Below the pieces are notes generated by a model that made no database searches, was not told the DNA's origin, and saw nothing but the letters and a program-made list of their open reading frames with translations. Positions 33,425 to 37,830 of a DNA stretch of 37,830 nt are shown here, piece after piece; within the stretch, counting starts at the first letter, position 1; the number at the start of each line of letters is the position of its first letter. The stretch spans positions 1 to 37,830 of the forward strand of contig DSAR01000164.1 in NCBI GenBank assembly GCA_011046405.1, in the 5' to 3' direction. This stretch comes from Chloroflexota bacterium (GTDB lineage: Bacteria; Chloroflexota; Anaerolineae; B4-G1). The translations under genes were made by a program, and so were the position numbers.

Positions 33425-34903
33425 TCATCCCTGGATCTGGGACAACTGGCGCTGGAGTAGTTCTCGCGCCACCTGTGGGTTCGCTTGCCCCCGCGTGACC
33501 CGCATCACCTGGCCCATCAGCCAGCCCAGGATCTGCTCCTTGCCCGCCAGGTATTCCGCTACTTCGTCGGGGTTGTCCGCCAAGATCCGGACGACGACGC
33601 TTTCCAACGCCGCCGTGTCCGATATTTGCGCCAGCCCCTTTTCCTCCACGACCTGCCGGGCCCGGCGGCCGCTGGCAAACATCTCGGCCAACACCTCCTT
33701 GGCCGTGTTCTGGTTGATGGTGTCATCCTCGACCAGCGCGATCAGTTCGGCCAACGCACCGGCCGGGACATGGGTCTCGCCCACGTCCTGCCCCGATTCC
33801 TTCATCAGCCGGAACAACTCGCCGGTCACCCAGTTGGCGACGACCTTGGGGGCGACGTGCACGGACTCGATGGCGGCGGTGTCTGCCATGTCTGCCGCGA
33901 CTGCCTCGAAGTAGTCGGCCACCGCCCGATCCTCCACCAGCAGGGCCGCGTCGTAATCGTCCAGGCCGTAATCGGCCACGAAGCGCGCTTGCTTGGCGTC
34001 GGGCAACTCCGGCAACTGCGCCCGTAATTCCTCCACCCAGGCCCGGTCGATCTCCAACGGCGGCAAGTCGGGCTCGGGGAAGTAGCGATAGTCGTGGGCC
34101 TCCTCCTTCCCCCGCTGGGGCACCGTCACGCCGGCCGCCTCGTCCCAGCCCACCGTCTGCTGGACGACGGTGCCACCGGCCTCCAGGGTCGCGATCTGGT
34201 TTTCGATCTCGTAGGCCACCGAGCGGGTCAGGGCGCGGAACGAGTTCAGGTTCTTGATCTCGTGGCGGGGGTTCATCACGTCGGCACCCACCGGGCGCAC
34301 GCTGACGTTGGCCTCGAAGCGTATCATGCCTTTTTCCATATCGCCGGCGTTGACGCCCAGGTAGACCAGGTAGGCGCGCAGTTTGTTGGCGTAGGCAGCG
34401 GCCTCCTCCACCGAGCGCATGTCCGGCTCGCTGACGATCTCCAGCAGCGGCACGCCGGCCCGGTTCAGATCGACGAGGCTGCCGCCGTCTCCCTGGTGGT
34501 AGAGCTTGCCGGCGTCCTCCTCCATGTGGGCGCGGGTGACGCCGATGCGCCTGGTCACGCCGTTTACCTCGATCTCCAGGTAACCGTCGACCGAGAGCGG
34601 CAGGGCGTACTGGGAGATCTGGTACCCCTTGGGCAGATCGGGGTAGAAGTAGGACTTGCGGGCGAAGCGACTGACCGGCGCGACGTCGCAGTGGAGCGCC
34701 AGGCCGGTCAGCATCCCGATCTCGATCGCGCGCCGGTTGATGACCGGCAGCGTGCCCGGCATGCCGGTGCACACCGGGCACACGTACGTGTTGGGCGCCA
34801 GATCCCCCGTATCCTCCACCACCGGGCAGGCGCAGAACATCTTGGAGGCGGTGTGAATCTGCGCGTGGACCTCCAGGCCGATGACGGGTTCGTACTTGGT
34901 CAT
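33425..34903 (-). CDS. gatB: Asp-tRNA(Asn)/Glu-tRNA(Gln) amidotransferase subunit B
   Basis: YEPVIGLEVHAQI...KMFC...C, SYFYPDLPKGYQISQ and the YqeY-like C-terminus. ATG 34903 (GAGG 5 nt upstream) is preferred over GTG 34918. Confidence 0.93.
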   Translation of the reverse strand: MTKYEPVIGLEVHAQIHTASKMFCACPVVEDTGDLAPNTYVCPVCTGMPGTLPVINRRAIEIGMLTGLALHCDVAPVSRFARKSYFYPDLPKGYQISQYALPLSVDGYLEIEVNGVTRRIGVTRAHMEEDAGKLYHQGDGGSLVDLNRAGVPLLEIVSEPDMRSVEEAAAYANKLRAYLVYLGVNAGDMEKGMIRFEANVSVRPVGADVMNPRHEIKNLNSFRALTRSVAYEIENQIATLEAGGTVVQQTVGWDEAAGVTVPQRGKEEAHDYRYFPEPDLPPLEIDRAWVEELRAQLPELPDAKQARFVADYGLDDYDAALLVEDRAVADYFEAVAADMADTAAIESVHVAPKVVANWVTGELFRLMKESGQDVGETHVPAGALAELIALVEDDTINQNTAKEVLAEMFASGRRARQVVEEKGLAQISDTAALESVVVRILADNPDEVAEYLAGKEQILGWLMGQVMRVTRGQANPQVARELLQRQLSQIQG

Positions 34904-34914
34904 ATTGTCCTCAC

Positions 34915-35283
34915 TCACTCTGTCGATGGTCCAGCAAGGCCCGCTATCCGCAACAACGTATCGGACATCTGCCGAGCACGCAACGCCAGAATCGACCGGG
35001 CTTGATCCACAGGCCAGCTTCTATGCCATGCCAGTATTTCTCGCTGCATTGAGGCCAAGTCCATCTGGAATGCAAGCCCCATCGCAGGCTCAATCGCAGG
35101 CCCAGTCGAAGAGGCGCTCCACTCGATTAGCAAGGCGGCTTCTCGTAGGAGATGATTGACAACGGCATCATGTTCTGGATGTATGCAGCGCGAGGATAAC
35201 CGCGCCAGGGTAGAGGCCAGATTTCCCATCTGTTGGGGCCAGGCCATGTGCTGATACCGCTCCCGAAACGGTTGTCTATTCAT
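34915..35283 (-). CDS. hypothetical helical protein (122 aa), no family recognised
   Basis: ATG 35283 overlaps the upstream stop (ATGA). It ends 11 nt before gatB. Composition is visibly less GC-rich than the flanking genes. Confidence 0.6.
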   Translation of the reverse strand: MNRQPFRERYQHMAWPQQMGNLASTLARLSSRCIHPEHDAVVNHLLREAALLIEWSASSTGPAIEPAMGLAFQMDLASMQREILAWHRSWPVDQARSILALRARQMSDTLLRIAGLAGPSTE

Positions 35284-35621
35284 ACCGCTATCTTCATAAG
35301 TTGCCTCACGATCATCTCAACCTGCTCTCGTGTATCGCTATCTTGAATCTCCATCCCATAGTTCTGCTGACGGGGTCTAATGTTGATCAGTGCCTCAAAG
35401 GTCACCTCTCGGGTATGCGGATACCAATCTGCTCCCCATATATTTTCTTGTTGGCTGCCATCTTCTAGAAGCAGCTGTTCACAATCAGCATGCAATTCCC
35501 CGCCACCGGCCAATACTTCTCTTTCTACATCGACAGCCAGCTTGATGAACAACCCGTCAAACATCTCAAGCATCTCAGCAACTTGCTTAGACGTCGCTCG
35601 CTCTCGGATTATGTGAATCAT
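35280..35621 (-). CDS. DUF5674 family protein
   Basis: KLAVDVEREVLAGGGELHADCEQLLLEDGSQQENIWGADWYP...INIRP matches my recollection of DUF5674. Clearly AT-richer than its neighbours by eye. Confidence 0.65.
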   Translation of the reverse strand: MIHIIRERATSKQVAEMLEMFDGLFIKLAVDVEREVLAGGGELHADCEQLLLEDGSQQENIWGADWYPHTREVTFEALINIRPRQQNYGMEIQDSDTREQVEMIVRQLMKIAV

Positions 35622-35640
35622 AATCTGACCAAATAACTCT

Positions 35641-36810
35641 CTATCCGTGCCGGCGCACGAAGCGCTGCAATCGCTCCAGGGCTTCCTCGATCTTCTCGTA
35701 GGCGGTGGCGTAGGAACAGCGCACGTGTCCCTTGCCGGCCTCGCCGAAGGCGCTGCCGGGCACCACGGCCACTCGCTCCTCGTGCAACAGCTTCTCGGCG
35801 AACTCGTTCTCGTCCATGCCCGTTATCTCGATGCACGGGAAGGCGTAGAACGCGCCCCGCGGCTCGAAGCAGTTGAGGCCGATCTCGTTCATCCCGCTGA
35901 TGATCAGGCGGCGACGGCGGTCGTACTCGGCCACCATCTCCTCGACGTAGGGCTCACCCTCTTTCAGCGCCGCCAGGGCCGCGTACTGGGAGACGGAGGG
36001 CGCGCACATGATCGTGTACTGGTGCACCCGCCGCATCATCCCCAGGATCTCGGCCGGGGCCGCGATGTAGCCGATGCGCCAACCGGTCATGGCGTAGGCC
36101 TTGGAAAAGCCCTGCAACAGCACGGTGCGGCTGTACATCCCCGGCAGGCTGGGGAAGCAGACGTGATCGACGCCGTAGACCAGGCGGTCGTAGATCTCGT
36201 CGGAGATGACCAGCAGGTCGTGCTGCTTGGCCACGGCCGCGATCTCGTTGAGCCGCTCGCGGCTCATCACCGCCCCCGTGGGGTTGTTGGGGTAGCCGAT
36301 CAATAGGGCCTTGGTGCGCGAATTGACCGCCGCCTCGATCTCGTCGGCGGTGACCTGGAAGTTGTGTTCCAGCTTGGTGGGCACCATCACCGGCTTGCCC
36401 CCGGCGAAGATGACCTCCGGGGCGTAGGAGACGAAACAGGGTTCCGGGATGATGACCTCGTCGCCGGGGTCCAGCGTGGCCGCCAGGGCCAGGTAGAGCG
36501 CCTCCGAAACGCCGACGGTGACCAGGATCTCGCTGGCCGGATTGTAGGTCTGGCCGTACATCCGGTCCAGGTGCTCGGCAATGGCCCGCCGCAGTTCCAG
36601 GAGCCCGGAGTTGGAGGAGTAGTGGGTCTCCCCCCGTTCCAGGGCCTCGATCCCGGCTCGGATGATGGGCTCCGGGGTTTCGAAGTCGGGCTCCCCGATG
36701 CCCAGGCTGATGACGTCGTCCATCGTGGCGGCGATGTCGAAAAAGCGCCGGATGCCCGAGGGCGGAACGGTCGACAGGCGTTCTGAGACGAAATTACGGA
36801 CGCGATGCAT
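35641..36810 (-). CDS. pyridoxal-phosphate-dependent aminotransferase, class I (aspartate aminotransferase-like)
   Basis: PSGIRRFFD, LGIGEPDF, NPTG and SFSKAYAMTGWRIGY (PLP lysine motif). Confidence 0.92.
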   Translation of the reverse strand: MHRVRNFVSERLSTVPPSGIRRFFDIAATMDDVISLGIGEPDFETPEPIIRAGIEALERGETHYSSNSGLLELRRAIAEHLDRMYGQTYNPASEILVTVGVSEALYLALAATLDPGDEVIIPEPCFVSYAPEVIFAGGKPVMVPTKLEHNFQVTADEIEAAVNSRTKALLIGYPNNPTGAVMSRERLNEIAAVAKQHDLLVISDEIYDRLVYGVDHVCFPSLPGMYSRTVLLQGFSKAYAMTGWRIGYIAAPAEILGMMRRVHQYTIMCAPSVSQYAALAALKEGEPYVEEMVAEYDRRRRLIISGMNEIGLNCFEPRGAFYAFPCIEITGMDENEFAEKLLHEERVAVVPGSAFGEAGKGHVRCSYATAYEKIEEALERLQRFVRRHG

Positions 36811-36935
36811 AACTAGATTACCTCCATTTCATGTGGTGAATAAGAAAACTGTGAGATTTACTGCCTGACACCGATCTGCTATCACGAATCGCACGAATAA
36901 ACGAATTTCACGAATGCTTTTTCACAATTCGAGGT

Positions 36936-37086
36936 GGCTCTCTGGTAGTTCGCCTGGTTGGCTTAGCAAATGGTCAATTTTTCGCCACGAATTACACGAA
37001 TTGTCACTAATCTTGGGGGGTTTCGTGTTAATTCGTGCAATTCGTGGCTAATCACTCAGCGCGGCCATGCGAAATCCCAAAGAACC
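36936..37086. repeat. family A CACGAAT-palindrome repeat, copy 3
   Basis: Near-identical to 6220-6369. Flanked by a perfect 8-bp direct repeat TTCGAGGT (36928-36935 and 37087-37094). Preceded by a related fragment at 36881-36925 that also occurs at 21346-21395. Confidence 0.85.
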
Positions 37087-37162
37087 TTCGAGGTCAAAAT
37101 TCGCGTCATTTGTCCATTCGTGTCATTCGTGATCCAGGAATTTTAGATACTGAAACTGGGAA

Positions 37163-37830
37163 TCAAGAACGCTGGCGGCGGGATAGCCACCACGCACCTA
37201 CGCCGAGTGCAGCGAGCAGGACACCCAGTCCGATGGCGGCCGCCTTGACCGTCTGAGGCTCCATACCGGGCATAACGGCGCCTTCCAGACCGGCTTCGGA
37301 TCCGTATTCGGAGAACAAGCGTCCCCACTTGGCCTCCAACGCCGACTCGACCCGTTTGCGTCCCACGAAGGGGTACCAGTAGACGTTGTGATAAAAATTG
37401 CTGGCGAAGTAGGACCAGGGCACGAGCGGCGTCTGCAACAACAGCGGCTCGAGTGGGTGGAGCGCGCCGTGGTAAATGGCCTTCTGTCCCCGGCTGGCGA
37501 ATGTGTCCTCCTGAACGAAGCCCCAATTCTGGGCCATGACCCAGTCTTGATCCTCGCCCACGATCTCGATCTGGCCGGGATCCCCCACTCCGAGCCCCAT
37601 CTCGTGGGCGATGCGGATGAAGGGGATCGACAGCGGGTCGAAGCCCTGCATATAAGCCGACATGGCGTCGATGGCGACCTGGTCGGCCGAGGCGAGGATG
37701 ACGTCTTTCTCGTGCCAGCGCATGGCCCGGGGGCCGGGGCCGTCGCCGGCGAAGGTGCCATCCATCACGGCGAACAGGCCCGGGTGGATGTCCTGCTGAA
37801 TCTGGAGCAGATCGACCAAGGTCTCGTGGA
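37163..37830 (-). CDS. DUF362 domain protein with C-terminal membrane anchor, 5' end outside window
   Basis: VMDGTFAGDGPGP...VILASADQVAIDAMSAYMQGFDP matches the DUF362 pattern. C-terminal AAAIGLGVLLAALGVGAWWL TM helix. The frame is open to the window edge. Confidence 0.75.
   Translation of the reverse strand, partial: HETLVDLLQIQQDIHPGLFAVMDGTFAGDGPGPRAMRWHEKDVILASADQVAIDAMSAYMQGFDPLSIPFIRIAHEMGLGVGDPGQIEIVGEDQDWVMAQNWGFVQEDTFASRGQKAIYHGALHPLEPLLLQTPLVPWSYFASNFYHNVYWYPFVGRKRVESALEAKWGRLFSEYGSEAGLEGAVMPGMEPQTVKAAAIGLGVLLAALGVGAWWLSRRQRS

Noticed and set aside
4001-36935. Scan of all intergenic regions for tRNA or other classical RNA genes beyond the SRP RNA.
   Set aside because: No cloverleaf-compatible sequence was seen, and no GGTTCGAATCC-like T-arm with a matching acceptor stem. 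The intergenic space is accounted for by repeats, promoters and terminators. By-eye scanning is not exhaustive, so a tRNA or covariance-model scan should confirm this.

Overview
A 37.8 kb high-GC bacterial chromosomal segment. Gene content, long Pro/Thr linkers and a long Bacillus-type SRP RNA suggest Chloroflexota, but that is inference only. I support about 33 protein-coding genes and one SRP RNA. Housekeeping genes: mutL, rsmA, sbcD-like, an RNA m5U methyltransferase, rfbD plus a GT2 glycosyltransferase, ssb, gdhA, gatB and an aminotransferase. Secreted and cell-wall genes: a GH18 chitinase with CBM5/12 and a P-domain, a GH23-like protein, a YabE-like DUF348/G5/3D protein and two LysM proteins. 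There is also a VapBC toxin-antitoxin pair. No tRNA, rRNA, cas genes or transposase genes were seen. Three things stand out. (1) A six-gene plus-strand cluster (9770-18625) joins a ~1018 aa bactofilin/coiled-coil/zinc-ribbon fusion, an exported 7-repeat protein and an MMPL-like membrane protein to a CvnD/MglA-like small GTPase and two Roadblock/LC7 proteins. This matches neither the mglBA pair nor the conservon layout. (2) A minus-strand operon runs ssb, DUF3467, translin-like, a Cas4-like nuclease split into two translationally coupled halves that each carry a TM helix, then an LmbE-type deacetylase. (3) The intergenic regions are packed with MITE-like elements that have visible target-site duplications. 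One family always sits just 3' of a stop codon in a fixed orientation, and its 26-bp loop is exactly inverted between copies. There is also a three-level nested insertion next to mutL and the SRP RNA. All functional calls come from motif recall on the translated ORFs; no database search was run.
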